Below, piece by piece: positions 1 through 12,999 of a stretch of 64,000 bases of DNA (position 1 is the first letter of the stretch; each line of letters starts with the position of its first letter). The DNA comes from Octopus sinensis (Eukaryota), in assembly GCF_006345805.1 (NCBI RefSeq), contig NC_043020.1, positions 16,182,001-16,246,000 on the forward strand, read 5' to 3'. Under the pieces are notes generated by a model that saw nothing but the letters and a program-made list of their open reading frames with translations, made no database searches and was not told where the DNA came from. Made by a program: the position numbers and the translations under genes.

Positions 1-45
1 TAGTCAAGCAATGCTAGTGGGACAAACACAGACACACAAACACGT

Positions 46-82
<37 letters not shown>

Positions 83-252
83 CATATATACGACAGGCTT
101 CTTTCAATTTCGATCTACCAAATCCACTCACAAGGCATTGGTCGGTCCGGGGCTATAGCAGAAGACACTTGCCCAAGATGCCACGTAGTGGGACTGAACC
201 TGGAACCATGTGGTTGGTTAGCAAGCTACTTACCACACAGCCACTCCTGCAC
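1..252 (-). mobile_element. tRNA-derived SINE family A (head and central part; cut by window edge)
   Basis: Reverse complement begins AGGTGCAGGAGTGGCTGTGTGGTAAG (A box) ... GGTTCCAGGTTCAGTCCC (B box), followed by a CORE-like TTGGGCAAGTG segment. Confidence 0.85.
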
Positions 253-825
253 CTATATATATATATATTTATCTTATATTCCTGTGAGCAGTGACAGTAA
301 GAGATGTATCACGAGATGAAATAGACTGCGGTTTAGTCGAACAATAGTAACAATTAAAAGAAGTTAGTTCGGAAGAACGAAACGAAGGAATCGCGGATAA
401 ATGTTTGTTTTTAAAGATTGCGTCTCTTGTCAAATGAAGCGTGGTTGTAATTGCAGCAAATGCACCAAGCACAAATATGCATAACAGAAGACAGTTAACG
501 TAGCAATAACTTGTAACATGAGAAATCAATAAGAAGAAACAGTGATAATATCCTACTTTCTCCATCTGATTTAATTGGAATTTATCAGTATGATGCTGTG
601 TTGGTATAAATGGTGGCTGATAGGCAGGGGAAGTGGAGGTGGGGAGCGAGATGAGCACAGCTTGTGAAGAGTTGCACTATATGTTTTACCGTTATTCACT
701 GGTATTCAGTCTGGCACTAGAACACTACGGTACCTCACCGGTTTACTATATTCAATTCATTGCTAGGTGTCATTAAAGAAATACCAGTGACACAACAAGA
801 GAAAGAAATAATTCTTATTTCTTTA

Positions 826-1010
826 TTGCCCACAAGGGGCTAAACATAGAGGAGACAAACAAGGACAGACAAAGGGATTAAGGCGATTATATCGACTCCA
901 GTGCATAACTGGTACTTAATTTATCGACCCCAAAAGGATGAAAGGTAAAGTCGACCTCGGCAGAATTTGAACTCAGAGTGTAGCGGCAGATGAAATACTG
1001 CTAAGCATGA
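826..1010 (-). mobile_element. tRNA-derived SINE family B
   Basis: Shares GAGTTCAAATT..GCCGAGGTCGACTTT.CCTTTCATCCTTT.GGGGTCGAT.AA.TAAGTACCAGT with many other copies (13.0k, 20.5k, 27.7k, 44.7k, 50.3k, 62.5k). Confidence 0.85.
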
Positions 1011-1045
1011 CAACAAAACACTGCTCAATATTTTGTCCAGTCTCT

Positions 1046-1458
1046 TTTCTCTTTCTCTTTTCTCTTTTACTTGTTTCAGTCATTTGACTGCGGCCATGCT
1101 GGAGCACCGCTTTTAATCGAGCAACTCGACCCCGGGACTTATTCTTTGTAAGCCCAGTACTTATTCTATCAGTCTCTTTTTTGCCGAACCGCTAAGTGAC
1201 AGGGACGTAAACACACCAGCATCGGTTGTCAAGCGATGCTAGGGGGACAAACACAGACACACAAACACACACATATATATATATACATATATACGACAGG
1301 CTTCTTTCAGTTTCCGTCTACCAAATCCACTCACAAGGCATTGGTCGGCCCGGGGCTATAGCAGAAGACATTTGCCCAAGATGCCACGCAGTGGGACTGA
1401 ACCCGGAACCATGTGGTTGGTTAGCAAGCTACTTACCACACAGCCACTCCTGCGCCTA
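1046..1458 (-). mobile_element. Full-length SINE family A (about 410-450 bp, internal (TA)n/(TG)n microsatellite, GTAAAAGA-type tail)
   Basis: Highly similar to copies at 7060-7525, 40137-40545, 49205-49636, 55636-56045, 61850-62297 and 63557-63962. Confidence 0.9.
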
Positions 1459-1748
1459 TACTAACAATTCTGCCAGAAAAATTACATTTTTATATTTCAT
1501 CAATGGCAGAAGAATAACAGGTAACATTAACTTTGATCTCCATCTTTTCCATACATCCTTTCCAGGTGTGAATAAAGACATTAATAGTCATGGGTATGGC
1601 TGTGTGGCAAGAAGTTTGCTTCCCAACGACGTAGCTCTGGGTTCTGTCCCACTTAGGCAAGTGTCTTCTACAACAGCTCCGGGCTGGTCAAAGCCTTGTG
1701 AGTGGTTTAGGTAAACAGAAACTGAAAGAAGCCCTTCATGTGTATATA

Positions 1749-1809
<61 letters not shown>

Positions 1810-1813
<4 letters not shown>

Positions 1814-2190
1814 CCTCTTTTCTTGTTTCAGTCATTTGACTGCAGCCATGCTGGAGCACTGCCTTTAGTCAAGCAAATCGACCCCAGGACTTATTCTTTG
1901 TAAGCCTAGTACTTATTCTATCAGTCTCTTTTGCTGAACCACTAAGTTACGGAGATGTAAACACACCAGCATCGGTTGTCAAGCGATGTTGGGGGAACAA
2001 ATACACACACACACATATATATATACGATGGGCTTCTTTCAGTTTATATCTACCAAATTCATTCACAAGGCTGTGGTCAGCCTAAGGCTATAGTAAAAGG
2101 CACTTGCCCAAGGTGCCATGCAGTGGGACTGATACCGGAACCCATGTGGTTGGTAAGCAAGCTACTTACCACACAGCCACTCCTGCACCT
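1810..2190 (-). mobile_element. SINE family A, diverged copy
   Basis: Same head, body and tail motifs as 1046-1458. Confidence 0.85.
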
Positions 2191-2209
2191 ATATATATAT
2201 ATATATATA

Positions 2210-2455
2210 TTGATAGAAATGGTAAGACAACAAAAGAATGAAAGAGACCTCGATATTATGTAAATAGAGGAATTTATCTGTAAATATAATATGTGACAAT
2301 TATTCGGAAGCCATGCTAAAACTCTGAGTTCCGGATGTTGGGGTGGAAACCCTCACCACCATCTCTGGCCAGATAACTGAAGAGATGGCAGCATGGGTTT
2401 CCGGCCCAACATCTGAAACTCGGAATCTTATCATGGCTACCGAATAATTGTCACA
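2210..2455. mobile_element. Short inverted-repeat PLE-like element with hammerhead-like motif (family H1; second copy 41190-41470)
   Basis: 2281-2370 is an imperfect inverted copy of 2380-2455. 2210-2310 matches the reverse complement of 41380-41470. HHR-like motif at 2372-2432. Confidence 0.7.
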
Positions 2456-2493
2456 CACACACACACACACCACATATATATATATATATATAT

Positions 2494-2737
2494 AATAAAA
2501 TATTAGGGAATAAATCCAAACTTACAGGGAAAAATCAGATTTAAGATTGAATCCAATTTTATAGTAAAATATTATATTATATTAAATTGGAGATAAAACC
2601 ACTATTATACTAATTATCTTTTTTTAATAATTTTGATATATATTTAAAATAATATAAATTAATTAATCTTATGTATTGGCTTAAGTTTTTCATTGTATGA
2701 TTTGCCTAATAGTGGTTTTATCTCTAATTTAATATAA
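2494..2737. mobile_element. AT-rich PLE-like element fragment (family H3, same as 21075-21300) with inverted arm
   Basis: 2600-2737 is nearly identical to 21165-21298. ATTGGAGATAAAACCACTATTA is inverted relative to TAATAGTGGTTTTATCTCTAAT. Confidence 0.7.
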
Positions 2738-5700
2738 ATGCCAAAACCTTCCCAGGCGAAGAATGCACCCCACAACATAGACTGGTAGTTAGTGACTTTA
2801 GGATCAGGACTAAGAGGGCGACTAGAAGACGACCAACATGGAGAAGAAGGGTCTGGAAGCTTAAAGACCCTGAGAATGGACAGAGATTTAGAGATATGTT
2901 ACTTGAAGCCTTTGACGAAGTGGAAGGGGGTATAGCTACACATGGGGTAGAAGACAACTGGACGTTTCTGAGGGACAACCTGCTGAAAGCCGCTGACCAG
3001 ATCTGTGGCTGGTGCAAAGTCCCCTAAGACCCAAAATAACATGGTGGTGGAACAATATTGTTGATAGGGCTATTAGACAAAAGAAACAGGCTTGGAGGCC
3101 TGGAAGAACGGTGGTAGCAGGGAAGTGTATCAGACTGCCAGAAGGGAAGCTAGGAGACAGGTCTATCTAGCCAGAGGGGAAGCAGATAAAAGAAAATTTG
3201 CCAATGTCCTGCGCCGTGAGGATGAAAGACTTGAGGTATTTCGTGTTGCAAGACAGTGTGTGAGAGAGAATCGAGATGTGGTAGGAGAGAAATGTGTTCG
3301 CATGGAGGATGGTTCACTTGCGCTAAATGAGGATGCAAAGAGAGAAGCTTGGAGGCGCCACTATGAAAGGTTGCTGAATGAGGAAAATGAATGGGATAAA
3401 GAGAGTCTGCCGAATGTTGACCCAACAGAGGGACCAGCTATCCGAGTTGATAGTTCCGTGGTAGCTAAGGCAATTAGAAGCATGAAGACAGGGAAAGCCC
3501 CAGGCCCATCAGGAATTACTGCAGAGATGCTCAAAATATCTGGTAGTGTCGGCTATAGCATAGTCACCCGTATAGTTAACCAGGTGATACACGAAGGAGT
3601 CATACCCAATGACTGGTGTAGCAGCATAATAGTCAACTGCTACAAAGGTAAAGGCGATGCCCTAGATACAAATAACTACAGGGGCATCAAGCTGTTGGAT
3701 CAGGTAATGAAGGTTACGGAGAGGGTTATAGCCCAGTTAATTAGAGAGAGAGTTAGCTTAGATGATATGCAGTTTGGGTTCGTGCCAGGGAAAAGTACTA
3801 CTGATGCTATATTCCTGGTAAGACAGCTGCAGGAGAAATACCTAGCCAAAGGTAAGCCCTTGTACCTGGCTTTTGTTGACTTAGAGAAAGCCTTTGACAG
3901 GGTCCCCCGATCCCTTATCTGGTGGTCAATGAGGAAACTAGGGATAGATGAATGGTTAGTGAGAGCTGTGCGAGCCATGTACAGAGACACAGCTAGTAAG
4001 GTGAGGGTTGGCAACGAGTACAGTGAAGAATTCCGGGTAGAGGTTGGGGTCCACCAAGGTTCAGTCCTCAGCCCCCTCCTATTTATCATAGTCCTCCAGG
4101 CAATAACGGAAGAATTTAAGACAGGATGCCCCTGGGAGCTTCTATATGCTGATGACCTTGCTCTAATTGCTGAGTCACTATCAGAACTGGAGGAGAAGTT
4201 TCAGGTGTGGAAACAAGGATTAGAATCGAAGGGCCTTAGAATCAACCTAGCCAAAACCAAAGTCCTAATAAGTAGGAAGGTGGACCAACCACAAACGACT
4301 TCAGGTAGATGGCCTGCTCGATCTGTAAAAAAGGTGTAGGTAGAAACTCTATAAGGTGCACCAAGTGTAAGCTATGGACACATAAGAGGTGCAGCAATGT
4401 CAAAGGAAGGCTAACTAAGAAAATAGTTTTTGTCTGTGGCAGATGCTCAGGAGAAATAAACACTGGAAATGTGCAGAGACCAACTTCTATCACGTTCCAG
4501 GGAGACAAACTAGAAGTAGTTGATAGCTTCCGCTACCTAGGAGACCAAGTCAGTAGCGGGGGTGGGTGTGCTGAAAGTGTAACTGCTAGAGTAAGAATAG
4601 CCTGGGCAAAGTTTAGAGAGCTCTTACCCCTGCTGGTGACAAAAGGCCTCTCGCTAAGAGTAAAAGGCAGACTATATGATGCGTGTGTACGTACAGCCAT
4701 GCTACATGGTAGTGAAACATGGGCCGTGACAGCTGAGGATATGCGTAAGCTTGCAAGAAATGAAGCCAGTATGCTCCGATGGATGTGTAATGTCAGTGTT
4801 CATAATCGTCAGAGTGTAAGTACTTTGAGAGAAAAGTTGAACCTAAGAAGTGTCAGTTGTGGTGTGCAAGAGAGACGGCTGCGCTGGTATGGTCATGTGA
4901 CGAGAATGGCTGAAGATAGTTGTGTGCAAAAGTGCTACACCCTAGCAGTTGAGGGAACCTGTGGAAGAGGTAGACCCAGGAAAACCTGGGACGAGGTGGT
5001 GAAGCACGACCTTCGAACTTTAGGTCTCACCAAGGAAATGACTGAAGACCGAGTCCTATGGAAGTATGCTGTGCATGAGAGGACCCGGCAGGACTAGTCA
5101 GGCCATATCCCGTGGCCCCTACCTGGGACGTAGTCGATCCACCTGTGCATACCTTCCTTCTTGTGACACTTGTGAAGACCTGCTGAGGCAAGTGAAAATC
5201 AATCAAAATAGATGAACATCAATGGAATTTGTATCTTTGTGGTACCAGTGCCTGTGGCACACAAGAAAACCATCCGAACGTGGCTGTAGCCAGTACCGCA
5301 TCGACTGGCCTCCGTGCTGTGGGAACATGGTGGCACATAAAAACACCATCCGAAGACCCGGCAAGACTAGTCAGGTCATAACCCGTGGGCCCTACCTGGG
5401 ACATAGTCAGTCCACCTGTACATACCTTCCTTTTGTGACACTGTGAAGACCTGCTGAGGCAAGTGAAAATCAAATCAAATCAAAACAAATCAAAATAGAT
5501 GAACATCAATGGAATTTGTATCCTTGTGGTACCAGTGCCGGTGGCACACAAGAATCCATCGAACGTGGCCATAGTCAGTAACGCTTGTGGTACCAGTGCC
5601 AGTGGCACACAAGAATCCATCCGAACGTGGCCGTAGTCAGTACCGCTTGTGGTACCAGTGCCGGTGGCACACAAGAATCCATCCGAACGTGGCCATAGTC

Positions 5701-7059
5701 AGTACCGCATCACTCGCCATCGTGCTGTGGGCACATAACAAACACCATCCGGTCATGGCCGTTCGCCAGCCTCATCTAGCACCTGTGTCGGTGGCACATA
5801 AAAAGTAGTCAGTACCGCTTGTGGTACCAGTGCCGTGGCACACAAGAATCCATCCGAACATGGCCGTAGTCAGTACCGCATCACTGGCCATCGTGCTGTG
5901 GGCACATAACAAACACCATCCGGTCGTGGCCGTTCGCCAGCCTCATCTAGCACCTGTGTCGGTGGCACATAAAAACACCTTCCGAAGACCCGGCAAGACT
6001 AGTCAGGCCATAAACCATGGCCCCTACCTGGGACGTAGTCAGTCCACCTGTGCATACCTTCCTTCTTGTGACACTTGTGAAGACCGGTTGAGGCAAGTGA
6101 AAATCAAATCAAATCAAAATAGACAAAATAGATGAACATCAATGGAATTTGTATCTTGTGGTACCAGTGCCTGTGGCACACAAGAAATCCATCAGTGCCG
6201 TAGTCAGTGCGGTGGGCACATGACAAACACCATCCGATCGTGGCCGTTCGCCAGCCTCATCTAGCACCTGTGTCGGTGGCACATAAAAACACCATCCGAG
6301 ACCCGGCAAGACTAGTCAGGCCATAACCCATGGCCCCTACCTGGGACGTAGTCAGTCCACCTGTGCATACCTTCCTTCTTGTGACACTTGTGAAGACCTG
6401 TTGAGACAAGTGAAAATCAAAAGAAAATCAAAACAAATCAAAATAGATGAACATCAATGGAATTTGTATCTTTGTGGTACCAGTGCCGGTGGCACGTGGC
6501 ACATAAGAAAACCATCCGAACGTGGCCGTAGCCAGTACCGCATCGACTGGCCTCCGTGCTGTGGGCACGTAACAAGCACCATCCGATCGTGGCCGTTTGC
6601 CAGCCTCATCTGGCACCTGTGTCGGTGGCACATAAAAACACCACCCGAGCGTGGCCGTCTGCCAGCCTCGTCTGGCACCTGTGTCGGTGGCACATAAAAA
6701 CACCATCCGAGCGTGGCCGTCTGCCAGCCTCGTCTGGCACCTGTGTCGGTGGCACATAAAAAACACCATCCGAGCGTGGCCGTCTGCCAGCCTCGTCTGG
6801 CACCTGTGTCGGTGGCACATAAAAAACACCATCGAGCGTGGCCGTTTGCCTGCCTCGTCTGGCACCTGTGTCGGTGGCACATAAAATCACCCACTACACT
6901 CTCGGAGTGGTTGGCGTTAGGAAGGGCATCCAGCTGTAGAAACACTGCCAGATCTGACTGGACTGGTGCAGCTTTCGGGCTCCCCAGACCCCAGTTGAAC
7001 CGTCCAACCCATGCTAGCATGGAAAGCGGACGTTAAATGATGATGATGATGATGATGAT
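2734..7059 (+). mobile_element. 5'-truncated RTE-clade non-LTR retrotransposon (end of APE domain, RT, C-terminal region, expanded 3' UTR, (ATG)n tail)
   Basis: Translation starts NAKTFPGEECTPQHRLVV (RTE APE end). ORF 3092-4339 has NYRGIKLL, QFGFVPGKST, GVHQGSVLSP and LYADD. ORF 4309-5097 has RLRWYGHV and GRGRPRKTW. The 3' end has GGCGTTAGGAAGGGCATCCAGCTGTAG and (ATG)n at 7037-7059. Confidence 0.95.
3092..5097 (+). pseudogene. RTE reverse transcriptase ORF broken by frameshifts (near 3030-3100 and 4310-4340)
   Basis: Two overlapping ORFs in different frames together give a continuous RTE RT plus Cys-rich C-terminal region; YADD catalytic motif present. Confidence 0.9.
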
Positions 7060-7225
7060 AGGCGTAGGAGTGGCTGTGTGGTAAGTAGCTTGCTTACGAA
7101 CCACATGGTTCCGGGTTCAGTCCCACTGCGTGGCACCTTGGGCAAGTGTCTTCTACTATAGCCTCGTGCCGACCAACGCCTTGTGAGTGGATTTGGTAGA
7201 CAGAAACTGAAAGAAGCCCGTTGTA

Positions 7226-7264
<39 letters not shown>

Positions 7265-7525
7265 CACACACATATATATATATTATATATATAATTATAT
7301 TATGTGTATTTGTGTGTGTGTGTGTTTGTCCCCACCAACATCGCTTGACAACCGAGCTGGTGTGTTTACGTCCCCGTAACTTAGCGGTTCGGCAAAAGAG
7401 ACCGATAGATTAAGTACTAGGCTTACAAAGAATAAGTCCTGGGGGTCGATTTCCTTGACTAAAGGTGGTGCTCCAGCATGGCCACAGTCAAAATGACTGA
7501 AACAAGTAAATGAATAAATGAATAT
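7060..7525 (+). mobile_element. Full-length SINE family A directly after the RTE tail
   Basis: A box TGGCTGTGTGG, B box GGTTCAGTCCC, internal (TA)n/(TG)n, family tail AAACAAGTAAA. Confidence 0.9.
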
Positions 7526-7849
7526 AGGTATGTATGAATATAGGTATGTATGTATATATATCCATGTTTGTGTTTGTGTTAGTTCCCCACTACTGTTCAA
7601 CAACTGAAGCTGGTTTATTCATAAACCCAGAAATCAGCAGTTTGGCAAAAATGAGAGACCATTAGGACCAGGCTTAATCATTTATCATTCAGATTTCTGT
7701 CAACTGTAATGCTTATTTATTTACATTGATACGAATTAGTCATGCATTACTTTATTGCTTTGCAGTTTCAATGACATGATTGTTGTTAGAGCATCCACAC
7801 AAGTGGAGTCTTGACCAAGAATAATATTGTAGGGTGAATGCGAGTGGCC

Positions 7850-7892
7850 AAATCATCATCATCATCATCATTATTATTATTATTATTATTAC

Positions 7893-7924
<32 letters not shown>

Positions 7925-8005
7925 ATCATCATTATTATTATTATTATAATTATTATTATTATAGCATTATTATTATTATTATTATTATTATTATCGTTAT
8001 TATTA

Positions 8006-8046
<41 letters not shown>

Positions 8047-8047
8047 G

Positions 8048-8080
<33 letters not shown>

Positions 8081-8701
8081 TATTTTTATTATATTATTAT
8101 TATTATTATATTATTATTATATTATTATCATCATCATTATTATTTTTTTCTTCTTCGTCTTCTTCTTCTTCTGCTTCTTTCTTCTTCTTCTTCTTCTTCT
8201 TATTCTTCTTCTTCTTCTTCTTCTTCTATTATTATTATTATTATCATTAGGGCAGTGAGCTGGTAGAATCATTAGCATGCTGGGCAAAATGCTTTTCAGC
8301 ATTTCATTCATCTTTGCATTCTGGGTTCAAGATCTGCACTGGGGGTCGATGTAACTGACCTATCCCCTCCCTGATCTTGGTGGCTTTGTGCCAAAATTTG
8401 AAATCATTATTATCATTTTCATTATTAAGGTGGCGGGCTGGCAGAATGGTTAGCACACCGGACAAAGTTTTTAGTGGTTCTTCATCCATCTTTACGTTCT
8501 GAGTTCAAATTCTGCTGGGATCAACTTTGCCTTGCATTCTCTCAAAATCAATGAAACAATTACCACTTGTGGCACTAGTATTGATCTGAGCAACTTACCC
8601 ACTCCCTAAAAAATTGCTGGCTTTGAGACAAAATTTGAAACCATTATTATTATTATTATTATTATTATCATTATTATTATTACAATTATTATTATTATTA
8701 C

Positions 8702-8738
<37 letters not shown>

Positions 8739-8855
8739 ATTATTACTATTATCATTACTACTATTATTATTATTATTATTACTATTATTATTATTATTAT
8801 TATTATCATTATTATTATTACAATTATTATTATTATTATATATTATTATTATTAT

Positions 8856-8905
<50 letters not shown>

Positions 8906-9184
8906 TTATTATTATTATTATTATTAAGGCTGTGAGCTGGTAGAATCGTTTGCACACCAGGCAAAATGCATGGCAGTATTTCGTTTGTCTTTTACATTCT
9001 GAGTTCAAATTCATCCAAAGTCAACTTAGCCCTTCCTCCTTTCAAGGTCAATGAAATAAGTTCCAGCTGACCACTAGGATCATTGTAATTGACTTGCCAC
9101 CCCACTCTGAACTTGCTGGCCTTGCACCAAAATTTGAAACCAGTATTATTATTGTTGCTGTTGTGTTTGGTATCACTGTTGTTG

Positions 9185-9236
<52 letters not shown>

Positions 9237-9247
9237 CATTATTATTA

Positions 9248-9292
<45 letters not shown>

Positions 9293-9359
9293 GTTTTGCT
9301 GATTATTGCTGTTTAGTTGAAATTGTTGCTGTTTATATCTGTGATGAAATTATTACTAT

Positions 9360-9394
<35 letters not shown>

Positions 9395-9430
9395 TTGTTG
9401 ATGTTGTTGTTGTTGCTGTTGTTGTTCATA
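7850..9430. repeat. Compound (ATT)n/(TTC)n/(CTA)n/(GTT)n microsatellite field with diverged SINE-B copies (about 8250-8400, 8430-8640, 8925-9140)
   Basis: Seen directly; explains the poly-I/L/Y ORFs. Confidence 0.95.
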
Positions 9431-9989
9431 ATCCAATGTTTTCTATTGGTGCTTTTCGTATAGCTGTGGTTGTTGTCCTCGTAGTTTTGCTCGAAATCAC
9501 CACCCTCCCCTCTCACTTTCCTCTCCCTTACCTCTTCCTCTCCAAGCCTTATCCTCCATCTCTCTTCTTTACCTTCCCTCTCCCCTCCCTCCCTCCCTCC
9601 CTCTTTCTCTCCTCTTCCTACCCCCCCCCCCGCCTGGTATCCTTTCCTATGCAGAGAAGAGATTTATTATCAGTTCCAGATGATTCCAGTCAGCAGTGCA
9701 TAATCAATCAGTCAATCAATCAATCAATCAATCAAGAAATGCCTGATTGATCAATTCCCATCATACACATGTGTATGGAGTAATCATTTCGTAAACAACA
9801 ACATGTCAAAATCTTTTCACTTATTTCATTCCTTGTCTTAAGCAATTTCCTTCACACACTGCTTCCATGAAAATCCTTCTTCCTGTTTATTGAACACTTT
9901 ATAATGGATGCAGGCATGGGCCTGGTAGTTAAGAAGTTCACTGCAACGACCATAAGGATTTGGGTTCAGTTCCATTCTGCTGCGCCTTC

Positions 9990-10615
9990 AGCATGTCTCT
10001 TCTACTGATTCTTCTTCTTCTTCTTCTTCTTCTTCTTTCTTTCTTCTCTTCTTCTTCTTCTTCTTCTTCTTTCTTCTTCTTCCTCCTCCTCTCCTGCCAC
10101 CTTTTCTCTCTACTCTCCACTTCATGTCTTCTTTTCCCTCTTTTCCTCCCTCATCCTTTTTTTATTCTCTTCCTCATTCTCTCTTCCTCTTTTCCGTCTC
10201 CTCGTCCTCTTTATTTTCTCCTCTTCTTCTCCCTCCTCACCTTCCTCTTCTTTCGTCTCCTCTTCTTCCTCTCATCCTCTTTTACATTCTCCTCCTCCTC
10301 TTCTCCCTCCTCCTCCTCATCCTCATCATCTTCCTGTTCTTCATCTCATCTCCTTCTCTCATCTCCTCCTCATCATCCTCATCCTCCTTATCATCCTATT
10401 CTCCTCATCCTCCTCAAACATCCTCATCCTCATCCTCATCTCTCCTTCCTCTTCATCTCATCATCATATCCCTTCATTCTCTTCCTTCTTCTTACTCCTT
10501 CCTTCTTCATCTCTTCCTTCATCCTGCTAACTCTCCATTCCTCTCCTCACTCTACTCTTCTTCTTCTTCTTCTTCTTCTTCTTCTTCTTCTTCTTCTTCT
10601 TCTTCTTCTTCTACT
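9990..10615. repeat. Polypyrimidine/polypurine tract, (TTC)n and (TCC)n rich
   Basis: About 620 bp of strongly C/T-rich sequence on the + strand. Confidence 0.95.
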
Positions 10616-10920
10616 GAGGCTTTAGAAGGAGACACTTACCCAAGGTACACTCAGAGAGCCTTGGTCACCCTGGTTATAGGAGAATACACTTACCTCTGCC
10701 CAAAGAGGTCTTAGTAACCCTGTGGCTGTAATAGAAGAGACTTGCCTAAGATGTCTTACACTGCTATGGAACCCGAAGTAAACTGAATCCTTCTTAACTC
10801 TTTATAGACATTACAATTGTCTCTCTCACACAAAATCGATGAGTAAGAGCATTGATGCTCATCCGTACCATATTCAGGGTGTATGATGATGATGATGATG
10901 AAGATGATAATGATAATGAC

Positions 10921-10970
<50 letters not shown>

Positions 10971-11394
10971 CGACGATGATGATGATGATGATTGTTTGCT
11001 TATGAGACATGGATTGTTTATGAATGCCTCAGCAAAAAGCTAAACTGCTTCCACATGAACTGCCTGAGAAAGCTGTTGAAAATCACATGGCAAGACAAGA
11101 TCTCAGATATGAAGGTTCTCTCTCGAAAACCTTCATATCTGCATTTACATTCTGCTGAGGACAGAGCAAGTCAGGTGGACAGGCTGCCTTGTTCGAATGC
11201 CTGACACGCAAATCCCCAAGAGACTGTTTTACAGTGAACTGGGGGAAGGCAAGTGCACACAAGGTGGACAGAAAGAGCATGTCAATGGTACACCCAAAGC
11301 CTTACTGAAGAACTTTTGAGATCAACCCCAACACCTGGGAAATGAAAGCACAAGACCACCCTGCCAAGTGAAGCTGCACCAAGAGGTACAACTT

Positions 11395-11575
11395 ACCTTT
11401 TCAAGTCATGCTGACCCATAAGGGCTTGTTTCCCAATTTCCATGATGTAGATTCTTCACCAGGATGGGACATTGGCCCATTGTAGGATTACTTATTTTTG
11501 CCTGTCCAGGAATCAAAACCACAATCGTAAAATCATGAGTCCAACACCCTAACCACTAAGCTATGCACCTCCACT
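11395..11575 (-). mobile_element. tRNA-derived SINE inserted in the RTE relic
   Basis: Reverse complement starts GGAGGTGCATAGCTTAGTGGTTAGGGTGTTGGACTC ... GGTTTTGATTCC (A/B boxes). Confidence 0.75.
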
Positions 11576-11631
11576 AGAGATGCCCCTATAAAGAGAACAG
11601 GATTGCAGAAGTACAAAGGAAATGTGAAGTA

Positions 11632-12154
11632 CCGTAAATCCTCGAGTATAATCAGCATTTTTTTTTCCAAAATTTAAAGGTAAAAATCCTTAGTGCGTAC
11701 TGTATACAAGGTTAAAAGTGAAAAATATTTTCTAAGCAATGTCCAAGTCTCTATTTGCTGTTCGGCCATGTTTATTCAGATGCATTTTGTGATATCAGGT
11801 GCGAAAATACCTTAAGCTAAGCCTGAAAGCAATGAAGTCTTAAAAGAATCATCCATAACTTGCAACAAGCAACGTTTATTAAAATAAAAGTATTCAGAAC
11901 ACAGAATAACATATAACAAAAACAATTTGCAAACATATTTACATTCCCATATAACAGTTAAGAACACCACCATTATTGTATTATGCATGCGTAGAAGTGT
12001 TTGTTCGACTAGGTGCTGCTGGCTTAATTACGCACGACTCAAGTTAGAGAAGGAGTGCATATTATACACAAGGTTTAGGTTTTTCAGAAGTACACCTCCC
12101 TAAAAGTCCCCTGCGTATTATACTCAAGGGTGGAGTATACTCGAAGTTTTACGG
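11632..12154. mobile_element. Non-autonomous Tc1/mariner-superfamily (pogo/Tc2-like) MITE
   Basis: TIRs CCGTAAATCCTCGAGTATA and TATACTCGAAGTTTTACGG, flanked by TA at 11630-11631 and 12155-12156. Confidence 0.85.
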
Positions 12155-12999
12155 TACACAAATCTACAGTTGATTCCTTGCCTTCAGTCCCAACAGATCT
12201 CCTGTGTTCAAACATGTGGAAGAGCCTTCCAAGCATGCATCAGACAGCTTGGTCACAGTCAGACACACCGTTCCCTGTCTTCTTCTTCTTCTTTGTAATG
12301 TTCTTGGTCATTGTCGACAATGCTGGGCAAACTAATTATTCAAGACGATTTTAAAGAAAGTGACAACAATAGTACATAATTAAGACGACAAAACATTAAT
12401 TAGAAAAGCAAAATAAACTTTTCATTAACGGTGAACTGGACAATAGAAACTTAATCATAAAATTCTCTGATTTCTTTGAGTTCAAAATATTACTGAAGTT
12501 ACATTATGGAAGAACCATTTTAGTCATCTTTAAACACACCAAATCAACTATTTTTGCATGAGTTGTTTCAGTCATTGGATTGCAGCCATGCTGGAGCACT
12601 GCTTTGAAAGGTTTAGTCGAACAAACTGACCCCAGAATAAGTTTGGTACTTATTCTATCAGTCTCTCTCTGCTGAACCACTAATGTTATAGGGATGTTAA
12701 CAAACTAACACTGGTTGTCAGGTGGTGGTGGGGGACAAACAAACATAAAGACACACATGCACATGCACAAACACACACACACACACACACACTCATATGT
12801 ATACATATGATGGGCTTCTTTCAGTTTCTGTCAGCTAAAACCACTCACAAAGCTTCAATCAGCCAAGATTATAGTAGTCAGCCCAAGGCATGACAGTGAG
12901 ATTGAACCCAGAACCATGTGTTTGGGAAGCAAACATCTTAACCAAGTGCCACTTTCACTTAATAATTATTCCATCCGTCTCACTGTGCTAACTGCCTAG

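Larger units (their letters stand above)
10992..12270 (+). mobile_element. Decayed RTE-BovB-like LINE 3' end, interrupted by a SINE and a MITE
   Basis: Frames read AYETWIVY..LNCFHMNCLRKLLKITWQDKI, RWTGCLVRMPDTQIPKRLFYSEL, and after the MITE a C2H2-like CGRAFQACIRQLGHSQTH. Confidence 0.8.

Noticed and set aside
5170-5200. CTG(C/T)TGA-GGCAAGT-GAAA in the RTE 3' UTR as a hammerhead
   Set aside because: A6 is never present in any copy, stem II is marginal, and no stem III/NUH/stem I follows.
5480-6900. Regularly spaced 60-bp repeats as a CRISPR-like array
   Set aside because: There are no unique spacers; they are RTE 3' UTR subrepeats in a eukaryotic context.
7834-10714. Long poly-I/L/S/D ORFs
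   Set aside because: They are translations of trinucleotide microsatellites and pyrimidine tracts.
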